A stretch of 45,509 bases of DNA, from the IMG/VR virus record IMGVR_UViG_3300045988_016812; one strand, 5' to 3'. This DNA comes from a virus. Shown here in pieces: positions 24,149-32,450 of this stretch. Position numbers and translations under genes: made by a program. The stretch's first letter is position 1; every line of letters starts with the position of its first letter. The notes beneath the pieces were generated by a model, which saw nothing but the letters and a program-made list of their open reading frames with translations, was not told the DNA's origin and did not search any database.

Positions 24149-24737
24149 GCTTCACTCCTCCCTTCATTTTCTTTTTGTATTTATCGTGGAGTAGCTTCTG
24201 ACTCTCCATGATGTATATCGGATCATATCCGGCGGTAATAAGGTCTGTTATGATCCGTTCCAGCCGCTCAAGTTCGTTATCCACATCACACACGAGGTTA
24301 TCCACAAATATAGCATCTGCAACATTTCCCATGCTTCTGAGAGCTGTCGCATACTTCTGATACACGTCCTTTGTGGACTGCTCCCATGCGAGGTGTGCAG
24401 AGAATCCATCTTCCACCGCTTTCTGTTTGGTGGACTTTCCTACACTCATGCGGTTTGCAGACTGCCACGCTTCTGGGATCATCTGCACGTTCCCCTCGAA
24501 GGTGTCACGGATCAGTTTCCCGTGGTGATTGATATAGTAATGTGCAGTTTTTCGGCGTTCCTCACTCTCAGCAAAATACTGATACAGATGGAACCGCTTA
24601 TAACCGCTCAATCCGAGAAAATCGAAATAATCCGACATCTGATCATGAATCATGATCGCTGCGATCTGCCGCGCGTTGATCTCAGAGAAAACATCTTCCG
24701 CGCTTTTTACATCCATCTTGCTTCGGAAGGCAATCAT
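24129..24737 (-). CDS. Ferritin-fold (four-helix-bundle) protein with degenerate di-iron site, 202 aa
   Basis: EINARQIAAIMIHDQMSDYFDFLGLSGYKRFHLYQYFAESEERRKTAHYYINHHGKLI parallels ferritin helices A-B; EExxH is EERRK here; ATG 24737 with GGAGGTG RBS. Confidence 0.5.
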   Translation of the reverse strand: MIAFRSKMDVKSAEDVFSEINARQIAAIMIHDQMSDYFDFLGLSGYKRFHLYQYFAESEERRKTAHYYINHHGKLIRDTFEGNVQMIPEAWQSANRMSVGKSTKQKAVEDGFSAHLAWEQSTKDVYQKYATALRSMGNVADAIFVDNLVCDVDNELERLERIITDLITAGYDPIYIMESQKLLHDKYKKKMKGGVKHERADK

Positions 24738-24749
24738 CGTGATCACCTC

Positions 24750-25178
24750 CTACGCCAGTTTCTTGATGATGATGTTCGCATCCTTCACGAGTACCTCGCC
24801 CGCGGAGATGTTCCCGATCGACACCGTGAGGGATGAGCCAGCCGGGACCGGTATCAGTGTGGACGCTCCGACATTCTGGTATGTGTTCGCCGTTACAACT
24901 GTGTAATCCATCTCTGTTCCGCCGATTGCCTCGCCATTGAGCTCAATCACAAGGGCCGTTGCTCCTGCTGCCGCCGCGGTCACGTTTCCGTTAAAGTCCA
25001 CCTCTACCGCCATCGGGAGGTTTGTGCGGTTTGTGATCGTGAAAAGCCCGCTCCCCTTGACATGGTTCAGCCACCCGCTGGAGCATCCGCATCTTCTGGA
25101 TTTCACACGTGTGTCGTTAAAGATAACGTTCTGGTTTGCTGTCACTGTCTGTTCTGCCTTTGCTATAACATTGAGCAT
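24750..25178 (-). CDS. Beta-rich 142-aa protein, tentatively TNF/C1q-like jelly roll (BclA C-terminal / DUF3992-like)
   Basis: NQNVIFNDTRV...GLFTITN...VEVDFNGNV...ALVIELNGEAI...LTVSIGNISAGEVLVKDANIIIKKLA resembles exosporium BclA-C/ExsF-type domains from memory. Confidence 0.4.
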   Translation of the reverse strand: MLNVIAKAEQTVTANQNVIFNDTRVKSRRCGCSSGWLNHVKGSGLFTITNRTNLPMAVEVDFNGNVTAAAAGATALVIELNGEAIGGTEMDYTVVTANTYQNVGASTLIPVPAGSSLTVSIGNISAGEVLVKDANIIIKKLA

Positions 25179-25192
25179 AGTATTTCTCCTTT

Positions 25193-25224
25193 CAAAAAAT
25201 AAGGAGTCGAATCCGACTCCTTAT
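25193..25224 (-). terminator. Rho-independent terminator inside the accessory island
   Basis: ATAAGGAGTCG / CGACTCCTTAT perfect 11-bp stem, 4-nt loop, followed on the minus strand by TTTTTT. Confidence 0.65.
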
Positions 25225-25236
25225 CGATGCGCAAGA

Positions 25237-25449
25237 CTACTTTGTAGCTATGGATTCTTCCAACATGCTTATGATTTTGTTTTGATTCTCGATAATCTTA
25301 TCCAGATACTTCCGATCCTGTTCCTGGAGATGCTTCGCAATGTCGGCGTTGCTTGCCTGCGACAAATCGCTTTCGTAATTCATCACCTGCAAGAATACGC
25401 CGAACAGGTTTAGGGCATCCAGGGCAGTCAGTTCATTCGGATTTCTCAC
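25237..25449 (-). CDS. Hypothetical helical protein (~70 aa; start uncertain)
   Basis: GTG 25449 overlaps upstream stop (GTGA); ...SNADIAKHLQEQDRKYLDKIIENQNKIISMLEE. Confidence 0.4.
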   Translation of the reverse strand: MRNPNELTALDALNLFGVFLQVMNYESDLSQASNADIAKHLQEQDRKYLDKIIENQNKIISMLEESIATK

Positions 25450-26132
25450 AGTACATTCCCGCCGTTTCCGCAGCATCCGCCGAAGCCAGCCATATTATAC
25501 GCAAAGTACGGGGAGCACGTAAGATAAGCCGGTGTCGGTGTCGGTCTTACCGCATCAACGATGTTCTTGGTCTGGTTGACCTGGGAAATCTGCCAGTAAG
25601 CCGTCTGTAAGTCACGGTCACGATCTGCGAGCTTGTCGCGGAGTCCCTGAATGGTGTTCTCCTGCATGAGCTGGCGTGTCTCCTGTCCGTCTGCAAGGAC
25701 GGTTTCCTTGATGTCACAGCAGCACTGTGCAAGCTGTGCCTGCATGTTCTGCGCCATCAGTGCCGCATCATACCGGCTCTGTAAGATCTCTTTCTGTGTT
25801 TCGCAGCAACACTGCTGAGACTGAGCACCTAACTGCTGCATTCCGAGCTGCGTTGTATATCTGCTCTCAAGTACATCTCTCTGGGTCTGACATGCTGTGT
25901 TGGATACGTTCTGATTTGTGTTGAAGATGTCGCGCTTCACAAACTCATCCGAAATGAAATTGTCCTGCACGCCGGTTTCAACACCACCGCGGTTCCATCC
26001 GCCCATCATCGGGAAGAGGAACGCAATCAGAATAATCCAGATCCACCAGCCGCCACCGCCCCACATATCGTTGCATGTGTCGTTTCTGGTTACTGCTGCC
26101 ACATCCGCAGCGGATAACATTCCCTCATTCAT
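25446..26132 (-). CDS. Membrane protein with Gln-rich internal repeats and CCC triplets, 228 aa
   Basis: AAGGAG RBS before MNEGML; TM segment GGGGWWIWIILIAFLFPMMGGW; three ~30-aa repeats (C..TQRDVLESRY / CCCETQKEILQSRY / CCCDIKETVLADG); C-terminus GFGGCCGNGGNVL. Confidence 0.6.
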   Translation of the reverse strand: MNEGMLSAADVAAVTRNDTCNDMWGGGGWWIWIILIAFLFPMMGGWNRGGVETGVQDNFISDEFVKRDIFNTNQNVSNTACQTQRDVLESRYTTQLGMQQLGAQSQQCCCETQKEILQSRYDAALMAQNMQAQLAQCCCDIKETVLADGQETRQLMQENTIQGLRDKLADRDRDLQTAYWQISQVNQTKNIVDAVRPTPTPAYLTCSPYFAYNMAGFGGCCGNGGNVL

Positions 26133-26222
26133 GTGGTTTTCTCCTTGCTTAAGATTTATCATGAGCCGTTGCGCACCCGGCTGTGATAGCGAATTATCGT
26201 TTTGTTGAGGTCAACAAAACCA

Positions 26223-26477
26223 TCATTTCATCATCCCGGCAAATTGTCCGGGATCCATGCCGTTCTGCTGGCACATCTGCTTGAATACCTGTTCCGGGTT
26301 CTTCCCTTTGCACATATCCATCGCTTTCTTGATGTTCGGATTCTGCTGCGCCATTGCATTGATCGCCGCCTGTGGGTTTCCTGTCTGCCGGATCTGGTTC
26401 ACGACACTCATGGCCTGCATCATCGCCGCCATTGGGTTGCTTCCGGATCCGCCCATCATGCTTAATAATGGATTCAT
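26223..26477 (-). CDS. Met/Gln/Asn-Pro-rich small protein, 84 aa
   Basis: AAGGAGGGG RBS; repeated NP..(A/M)..M motifs (GSNPMAAMMQAM, TGNPQAAINAMAQQNPNIKKAM). Confidence 0.5.
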   Translation of the reverse strand: MNPLLSMMGGSGSNPMAAMMQAMSVVNQIRQTGNPQAAINAMAQQNPNIKKAMDMCKGKNPEQVFKQMCQQNGMDPGQFAGMMK

Positions 26478-26890
26478 TCAGTCCCCTCCTTCTTCTCTTC
26501 CTGTCTCTCCCCGAGTTTCACAAGCAGAGCATTAAATTCCTCTCGCGTCACATAATCCCCATTTGAAGCCGCAGGAGCCATTTGCGGGGCTGTTAAGGAT
26601 GATACGGGGATTTCTTTGAACGCGAATGCTTTGAGTGTTGCGCTCCCCATTCCGTCCACGGATTTGACGTAGAACATGGGGCTGTTGTTGTCCATCATCC
26701 ACGCTGTTTGTCCCGGCTGTACGATCTGATTCCTTGCTCCTTCGACTCCAGCTACCTGGATCCAATTCACATTTTGCATCGGCACTGTCTGCCGCAGCTG
26801 TGTTGCCTGTTCCATCTGCTGGATGCGCTGTTGTAATGCCGCCTGATCTGCCATATATCCGCCCATTCCATAAGGAGTATATGCATTCAT
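26474..26890 (-). CDS. Hypothetical protein, 138 aa
   Basis: ATG 26890 after GGAAGGAGGGGAG; first gene after the internal terminator; NWIQVAGVEGARNQIVQPGQTAWMMDNNSPMFYVKSVDG core. Confidence 0.55.
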   Translation of the reverse strand: MNAYTPYGMGGYMADQAALQQRIQQMEQATQLRQTVPMQNVNWIQVAGVEGARNQIVQPGQTAWMMDNNSPMFYVKSVDGMGSATLKAFAFKEIPVSSLTAPQMAPAASNGDYVTREEFNALLVKLGERQEEKKEGTE

Positions 26891-26970
26891 GCGCTCCCCT
26901 CCTTCCTCTGCTTCCATTATGGCATGTGAGAATGGCAGAAAACAGTTCATGATAATACACAAAAAGTATA

Positions 26971-27015
26971 AAAAAAGAGCAAAAAGAAAAGAGCTTGCGC
27001 ATTTACAAGCTCTTT
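26971..27015 (-). terminator. Rho-independent terminator after the sigma-like regulator gene
   Basis: AAAGAGCTTG / CAAGCTCTTT 10-bp stem, then TCTTTTTGCTCTTTTTTT on the minus strand. Confidence 0.6.
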
Positions 27016-27033
27016 CTGTACATTTATTTGATT

Positions 27034-27237
27034 TTATTGGCATAATCGTATGATCTTATCGTTCACTCGGCGGCTGATCCGCTTAGCTGTCGACACGCTG
27101 ATGTTCATTTTCTCCGCACACGTTTCTAATGGTATCCCCTTGCTCCGATACTCAAATAGAGCTCTTTCATCAGCCGTAAAATTGGCAAGCTGCCGGAAAC
27201 GTTCCAGCTCCGGCACTGTGAACTGATAGATTTTCAA
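27034..27237 (-). CDS. Small sigma-70 region-4-like / LuxR-type HTH regulator, 67 aa
   Basis: TTG start with AAGGGGA RBS; DERALFEYRSKGIPLETCAEKMNISVSTAKRISRRVNDKI. Confidence 0.6.
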   Translation of the reverse strand: MKIYQFTVPELERFRQLANFTADERALFEYRSKGIPLETCAEKMNISVSTAKRISRRVNDKIIRLCQ

Positions 27238-27248
27238 GGCAATTCCCC

Positions 27249-27581
27249 TTATTTTTCCGTCAAAGCCTGGATAAGTTCGTCCCTCGTTTTTTTTAAGCCC
27301 TCGATGTTGTTTCCGGTAATCTTGTTCTCGATGAGATTGAACATACTTCTCATCAAAAGCTGTGTGTCTTCCCGGTTCGCGTTGATAGAGGAGTAATCGT
27401 TATTAAGCTTCTCTTTGATGTCTTTGATGTCTGTCTCAATGGCACCTACACGGCTTTCAATGTCCTTCTGCGGCTGTTTCGCTGACTTGTATGCCTTATA
27501 GATCACACTGCAAGCCGCGCCGATGACCGTGATCCCGCTACATATCGACAGGAATTCCTTTATGATTTCAAGCTCTCCCAC
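27249..27581 (-). CDS. N-terminally membrane-anchored coiled-coil protein, 110 aa
   Basis: GTG start abutting Mu F-like stop; TM segment ICSGITVIGAACSVIY then heptad-like region. Confidence 0.5.
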   Translation of the reverse strand: MGELEIIKEFLSICSGITVIGAACSVIYKAYKSAKQPQKDIESRVGAIETDIKDIKEKLNNDYSSINANREDTQLLMRSMFNLIENKITGNNIEGLKKTRDELIQALTEK

Positions 27582-28817
27582 TCATTTATCCTCCGTTGCA
27601 TTTTGATATCTTCGTGCCGCTCCGCGCGCCTTCGCTGCCTGTTCTCTTCCCCATCTGGCAATTCTCAGACGGTCCGCCAGCGGTCGAAGATCGTTGTCAT
27701 CGCAAAACTGATTGTATGCCGCGTTCTGGCGCTGTAAGAGATATGATTTTCTGTCAAGATCCATTTGCAGCGCTGCTTTTGCCTGCGGATCCTTGCAGGA
27801 TTCCACGGCCGTCTGCATCCCGGAGACAATCCGCTTCGTCTTCCGGATCCTGCGCTCAAGCGTTCGCTGGCGCTGCTCAAGCTTTTCTATTCTCTCACTC
27901 TCTTCGGTTTCTATGCCCTTATATGGGTTGTTCTCACCGTCTCCGGACCCGAAGCTGTGGCGGCAATTCCACCCACACAGCCCCTCTCCGCTCCCGTATC
28001 CAGTGACGGAAAACGGTGGAAATCGCTTGTCTTTTCCGGATCTGGAATAGAATTTTCCTTGCCACCACATATGATTTCCGGGGTTCTCTCCGCCGTCTCC
28101 GGTTCTCGCTCCCAGATGTGCCGACACAAGAATAATATCCCATTCCATCTCCTTCATGCGTTCCAAGCTGATCGCGCCGGTTGCCTGTCCCACACCTGTA
28201 CGTACTGCCCTGGCTGTGGCTGTCTCAATGGTGTCCTTGTGGACTCGCCCGGTCTCCTCGTCCGTGTAGTTGACATATACGCCTCCGGACACTACCTCGT
28301 CAACTGCTTCTCTGACCGCCTGTGTGTACGATACAGCACCACTCGTGACTTTGTGGTAAGCGGTATCACACGAGTTGATAAAAAGCCGCTGCGCCGCGTC
28401 TGCGGTCGTGCGGGTGTAATTGCGCCATTCCCCGAGGGTCGCCTCATAGTTGCGTTGCATCAGTCGGATCAGCTCCGGAGACTCCATGAGTGGGAGTGGG
28501 GAAAGTCCGGCGGCTTCATAGATCTTATCATCCGCCTCTACTGCCTTGATTCCCGCTTCTTCCATCGCTTCCTTGATTTCCTTCTGCTGGAGCTTTGTCC
28601 GCTTCGCGATCTCCGGGATGATCTCCTCCATCAGCGCGCCGGAGTCCTGCATGATTTCAATCTGCCAGCGATCGGCGGAGGTAAAAAGATATTCATCGCC
28701 GCGCCCGATCCGGATCATCATGCGTTCCACGATCTTCCGGAGGATATAGCTGTGAAGGTCTGCGGCAATCTCTTCCGCCCCCTCCGCTATGCGCTGTAAG
28801 TATGCCGGTTCGAGCAT
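27582..28817 (-). CDS. Minor head / head morphogenesis protein (Mu F, SPP1 gp7 family)
   Basis: Follows portal; NPGNHMWWQGKFYS...GWNCRHSF motif region typical of Mu F-like proteins. Confidence 0.8.
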   Translation of the reverse strand: MLEPAYLQRIAEGAEEIAADLHSYILRKIVERMMIRIGRGDEYLFTSADRWQIEIMQDSGALMEEIIPEIAKRTKLQQKEIKEAMEEAGIKAVEADDKIYEAAGLSPLPLMESPELIRLMQRNYEATLGEWRNYTRTTADAAQRLFINSCDTAYHKVTSGAVSYTQAVREAVDEVVSGGVYVNYTDEETGRVHKDTIETATARAVRTGVGQATGAISLERMKEMEWDIILVSAHLGARTGDGGENPGNHMWWQGKFYSRSGKDKRFPPFSVTGYGSGEGLCGWNCRHSFGSGDGENNPYKGIETEESERIEKLEQRQRTLERRIRKTKRIVSGMQTAVESCKDPQAKAALQMDLDRKSYLLQRQNAAYNQFCDDNDLRPLADRLRIARWGREQAAKARGAARRYQNATEDK

Positions 28818-28829
28818 TCCATCACCTCA

Positions 28830-30278
28830 CTATTCCTCCTGGAACAGCCGATTGCCTTCCTCCGGCTGCGCTTCTGCGATCATCGCCTTCGCATCCTCTT
28901 CGCTCATGCCCTCGAACTTCTGGAAGTACATCCACGCCGGGGCCTTGCCCTGAATGACATACTGCCACCAACGGGCGCGATCCTCTTCACGGTTGTATGT
29001 GATGTCTCCGAAATCGTATGTTGTCTCATACTCTCCTGCCGGTGTGATCCCGTAGAGATCCGCGTACACGCTCAGGGCATATAGCGCGCCATCTAAGGCG
29101 CTTTCCAGTTTGTCGCGCACATCTTTAATGAACTGGATTGTGCGCTGATCCTCAGCCTCTACCTGTGTCGCCGTCACCATGCCAGTCTTTTCGTTGAACA
29201 CAAAATAACCGTTGCTGAATCCACACTTGTATCCGATCTGGGAGAGAAGCGCGTTGATTCCGGACAGCCGCACATCCGTGTTGAGCTGAGGATTGATCTC
29301 CGCATAAAACTCTTTTGCGTCATTCCCGAATACATTCTTGACGTATCTCGGGAGCCCCATCTCCTTCCTCTGCGCTTTCATCGCATCAGATGCGCGCCCC
29401 GTAAGCTTCTGCCCGTCCGGCATCAGCAGGCGATCATCCGCGAGGATGATTTTCTGACTGTCCCAGATCTCGCCAGCGTTGCGGCTGTATGCGACATCCA
29501 GATCTTTCAGCTCCTCGAGCGCCTCAGCGAACACCGGCAGCCCCAACGGGATTTCTATGTCCACATTATTCGCCGCTGGCATCCGCAGGAGTCCGAACAT
29601 GGGACCATCTAACCTCTCGCCATTTGCTTTGAGGATCGGCGGTGTATCATCGATCATACCCGCCCATTTCGTTTTCGACAGTGGAATCGGGTCCCCGATA
29701 TCTTCCGCCGCCCGTGACACATACGCGCGATTACTGATATAGTAAGGGTATGTGGTTGTCTCGCCCTCTGTAGTCTCCACAAAGCGATGGTATTCAAGGC
29801 GCGTATAGAATCGATCCTGATCCGTATATGTATCCTTGAAGATGATCCCCTTCACGCCCAAGTTGTCGTACTCCACGAGCAAGATGTCTTTCGGCGTGAA
29901 CAGATCCAGGCTGTCCCCGTTCGGCTTGAGGAAAACAGTTCCGTATGCACATGCGTACTCTGTCCAATCGCGGAGTCGGAAATACACAGCGTCAATCTGC
30001 TTCTGTAGCCATTCCGCTCTTGCGCTGCCCTCGATCGTGATTCCGATCGCCAGTGTTGCAAGCCTCGCCGTCTCGGAACATACCGATTTTGCAAAGTTGA
30101 TTGTGCGGATATCATTCTCCTCACTCAGCCACGGCGGCAGACCTATATAGATGTTCGCGCACTTCTTTATCACGTCTTCCATCGCGGGAGACATGACGGA
30201 TTTTACCTTAAAATCATCTTCGGCTTTCTTCTTAAAAATCATATCGATCCACCTTTTCAGTGTTGATAACAGTCCCAT
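28830..30278 (-). CDS. Portal protein (SPP1 gp6-like)
   Basis: 482 aa directly after terminase (TAATG overlap at 30278); size, position. Confidence 0.8.
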   Translation of the reverse strand: MGLLSTLKRWIDMIFKKKAEDDFKVKSVMSPAMEDVIKKCANIYIGLPPWLSEENDIRTINFAKSVCSETARLATLAIGITIEGSARAEWLQKQIDAVYFRLRDWTEYACAYGTVFLKPNGDSLDLFTPKDILLVEYDNLGVKGIIFKDTYTDQDRFYTRLEYHRFVETTEGETTTYPYYISNRAYVSRAAEDIGDPIPLSKTKWAGMIDDTPPILKANGERLDGPMFGLLRMPAANNVDIEIPLGLPVFAEALEELKDLDVAYSRNAGEIWDSQKIILADDRLLMPDGQKLTGRASDAMKAQRKEMGLPRYVKNVFGNDAKEFYAEINPQLNTDVRLSGINALLSQIGYKCGFSNGYFVFNEKTGMVTATQVEAEDQRTIQFIKDVRDKLESALDGALYALSVYADLYGITPAGEYETTYDFGDITYNREEDRARWWQYVIQGKAPAWMYFQKFEGMSEEDAKAMIAEAQPEEGNRLFQEE

Positions 30279-31906
30279 TATGCGCTGCTTCCTCTTCTCT
30301 TCCACTTGGTTTCCGTTGCGTATCTGGTTGCATCTATGAGATGATTGTTCTTGTCCGGGTATCCGCTGATAATGTTTCCGTCCTTGTCTCGCTCATACTC
30401 ATACTTTTTGAACTCCTCGCAGACGTTCGGGGTGCGGTTCGGATCCATCACAAGCTTCTTCCCCTGTAGCCACTTCATCGAATATTCAACGCTTCCCGGT
30501 CCCTTCTCTGCCCCTCTGGCGGGTAGTCCGGCGTCTCTGTAATCATTCACGGACTTGTTTTCCGCGCTGTCGCATGTAATCACATAGTCCGTGTATCCGC
30601 GCCGCTTGATCTCGTCCGCTGTCCATGCGTTGCTCCGCTTGTTTTCATACATCTCATCCAGAAAATAGATGGTTTCCCGCGCCTCATCATAATGTGAGCG
30701 AACGAATGCGTACTTATCTGGGTACCATCCCCAGTCCACGCCTTGATAGATACGATCCATGTGGCTGATCTCTTCGTCTGTGATGGTCCGTTCCTCAATG
30801 AACTCAAACACATTGCCGCCGTTTCCGTTCGCAACACCCATGTATTCATTCTCGTAGGCGCTTGGATTGACTTCTTTCAGATGTTCCGCGTCATTGATGA
30901 ACTGATCGCCCAGCCAATCCGCTGGAACATCCTTATATGTGCTGTGGACAACAATAGCGCTCGCGTCCTTGAATTCCGCTTCCGTGGTGTACTCATTCGC
31001 CCAGTTATTTTTACTCCTCGGAGGGTTGAAACTCTTAAACTTATATGCCTTGTTTCCTCCTCGAATTGCGGACTGCTGAATATTTCGTACTTCTTCCGGA
31101 CCGGCGAACTGGTCAAGCTCCTCAAACCACACGATTCCGATGTATCCGAATTCTGGCTTGATGGACTTAATCTTGAGTGGATCATCTGCGCCTCTGAAAT
31201 AGATCTTCTGCCCGGTCGGCTTGTATGTGATCTCGAACGGGGATGACTTGAACCGGAATTCTGCGTCAAGTCCCAACTTTGAGATTGCCCACTTGAGCTG
31301 TGCATATACGGAATCTTTTATTGTGTTCCCGACTTTTCGCAGCACAAGCGCGTGCATGTCCGGGTTGTTTTTCAGCAGCTCCAGAATAATGCAGGAAATC
31401 CCGGAGGACTTCGTGGATCCACGTCCGCCGGGCAAAATGTATTCGGTATGGTTTCCACGACGCACGTCACGGATCATCGGGTGGAACACGTCCGCGATGA
31501 TGTCCAGATCCATGTGGTACTCTTGCGCCAGCCGCGCCGCTTCTTCTGCTTTCTTCTCTTCTTCTCTCTTCTCTTTGATGGTGAGCGTTTTCTCGAGATC
31601 TGACATTGCCTTGAGCTGCTCAGAGAATGCCGGAGTGAATCCGAATGAATCCTTGAGCTCTCCACGTGCGATCATAGCGCGTCGCCGCTGGATGTCCGCC
31701 AGAGACATGATGTCCGTGCCGTTCTGCTTGTCCAACTCGGCTTGCTTCTCGGCTATATACGCTGATACATCAGCATTTTTTAACAGTCTGCATCCCTCTG
31801 TCTCTGGCTTCTTATATCCAGCTTTTCTCGCCGCATCGGTTGCGTTCCCACCATTTTTTACGAAATTTTTTGCGAACGCTTCCCGCATTGGCGTAAGTTT
31901 CACCAT
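30278..31906 (-). CDS. Terminase: small-subunit (Terminase_2-like HTH) domain fused in frame to a PBSX-type large subunit, 542 aa
   Basis: N-terminus KLTPMREAFAKNFVKNGGNATDAARKAGYKKPETEGCRLLKNADVSAYI is TerS-like; from ~aa 135 HTEYILPGGRGSTKSS (Walker A) onward is TerL-like; single uninterrupted ORF. Confidence 0.8.
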   Translation of the reverse strand: MVKLTPMREAFAKNFVKNGGNATDAARKAGYKKPETEGCRLLKNADVSAYIAEKQAELDKQNGTDIMSLADIQRRRAMIARGELKDSFGFTPAFSEQLKAMSDLEKTLTIKEKREEEKKAEEAARLAQEYHMDLDIIADVFHPMIRDVRRGNHTEYILPGGRGSTKSSGISCIILELLKNNPDMHALVLRKVGNTIKDSVYAQLKWAISKLGLDAEFRFKSSPFEITYKPTGQKIYFRGADDPLKIKSIKPEFGYIGIVWFEELDQFAGPEEVRNIQQSAIRGGNKAYKFKSFNPPRSKNNWANEYTTEAEFKDASAIVVHSTYKDVPADWLGDQFINDAEHLKEVNPSAYENEYMGVANGNGGNVFEFIEERTITDEEISHMDRIYQGVDWGWYPDKYAFVRSHYDEARETIYFLDEMYENKRSNAWTADEIKRRGYTDYVITCDSAENKSVNDYRDAGLPARGAEKGPGSVEYSMKWLQGKKLVMDPNRTPNVCEEFKKYEYERDKDGNIISGYPDKNNHLIDATRYATETKWKRRGSSA

Positions 31907-31923
31907 CCACTCACCATCCCATT

Positions 31924-32163
31924 TTAGTTATCGTCTGATCTTCTCAGTCTCTCATTTACGATGATCTGGCATCCGCAGTTTGGGCAGTCAAAAGCATCGT
32001 ATATGATCGGGTTTTCTGTCCCTACGATCGCGGCCACCACTCCTGTTGTTTTATTGTCAACCACGGTATATCTTCTCCATGTTGTCGGGCGGAATTTAAT
32101 CCCACACACTTTACATTTAAGCATCTCCCCATTGTATCCAGTCGTTGCAATGTCTCTCGCCAT
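31924..32163 (-). CDS. Zinc-ribbon protein, 79 aa
   Basis: CKVCG ... CPNCGC pairs; immediately upstream of terminase. Confidence 0.5.
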   Translation of the reverse strand: MARDIATTGYNGEMLKCKVCGIKFRPTTWRRYTVVDNKTTGVVAAIVGTENPIIYDAFDCPNCGCQIIVNERLRRSDDN

Positions 32164-32173
32164 GTCTCTCCTC

Positions 32174-32434
32174 CTATTCCCATCCTTGTGATTGCTCCCA
32201 CATCTCCTTGAGAGTCAGCACGACATCCGCCTGTGATGCCGTCCTAAGTATCTCCAGATCTCTCATCTTCCACTTGCCCTTGCTGTATTCCATCACGGGC
32301 GTGCTCAGGCTCCACATGGTTATCATGCGCCCCTGGTCTGCGCTATAGAACTGGCTACTTCCGATCTTAATCACAAGCCCCGTTGACAAGATTGCTCTCT
32401 GTAGCTTCTTTACGATTGCACTGAGATTTGGCAT
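32174..32434 (-). CDS. Hypothetical protein, 86 aa; first gene after the late-promoter-like motif
   Basis: AAAGGGGGA RBS; ATG at 32434. Confidence 0.5.
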   Translation of the reverse strand: MPNLSAIVKKLQRAILSTGLVIKIGSSQFYSADQGRMITMWSLSTPVMEYSKGKWKMRDLEILRTASQADVVLTLKEMWEQSQGWE

Positions 32435-32450
32435 ATGATCCCCCTTTGTA

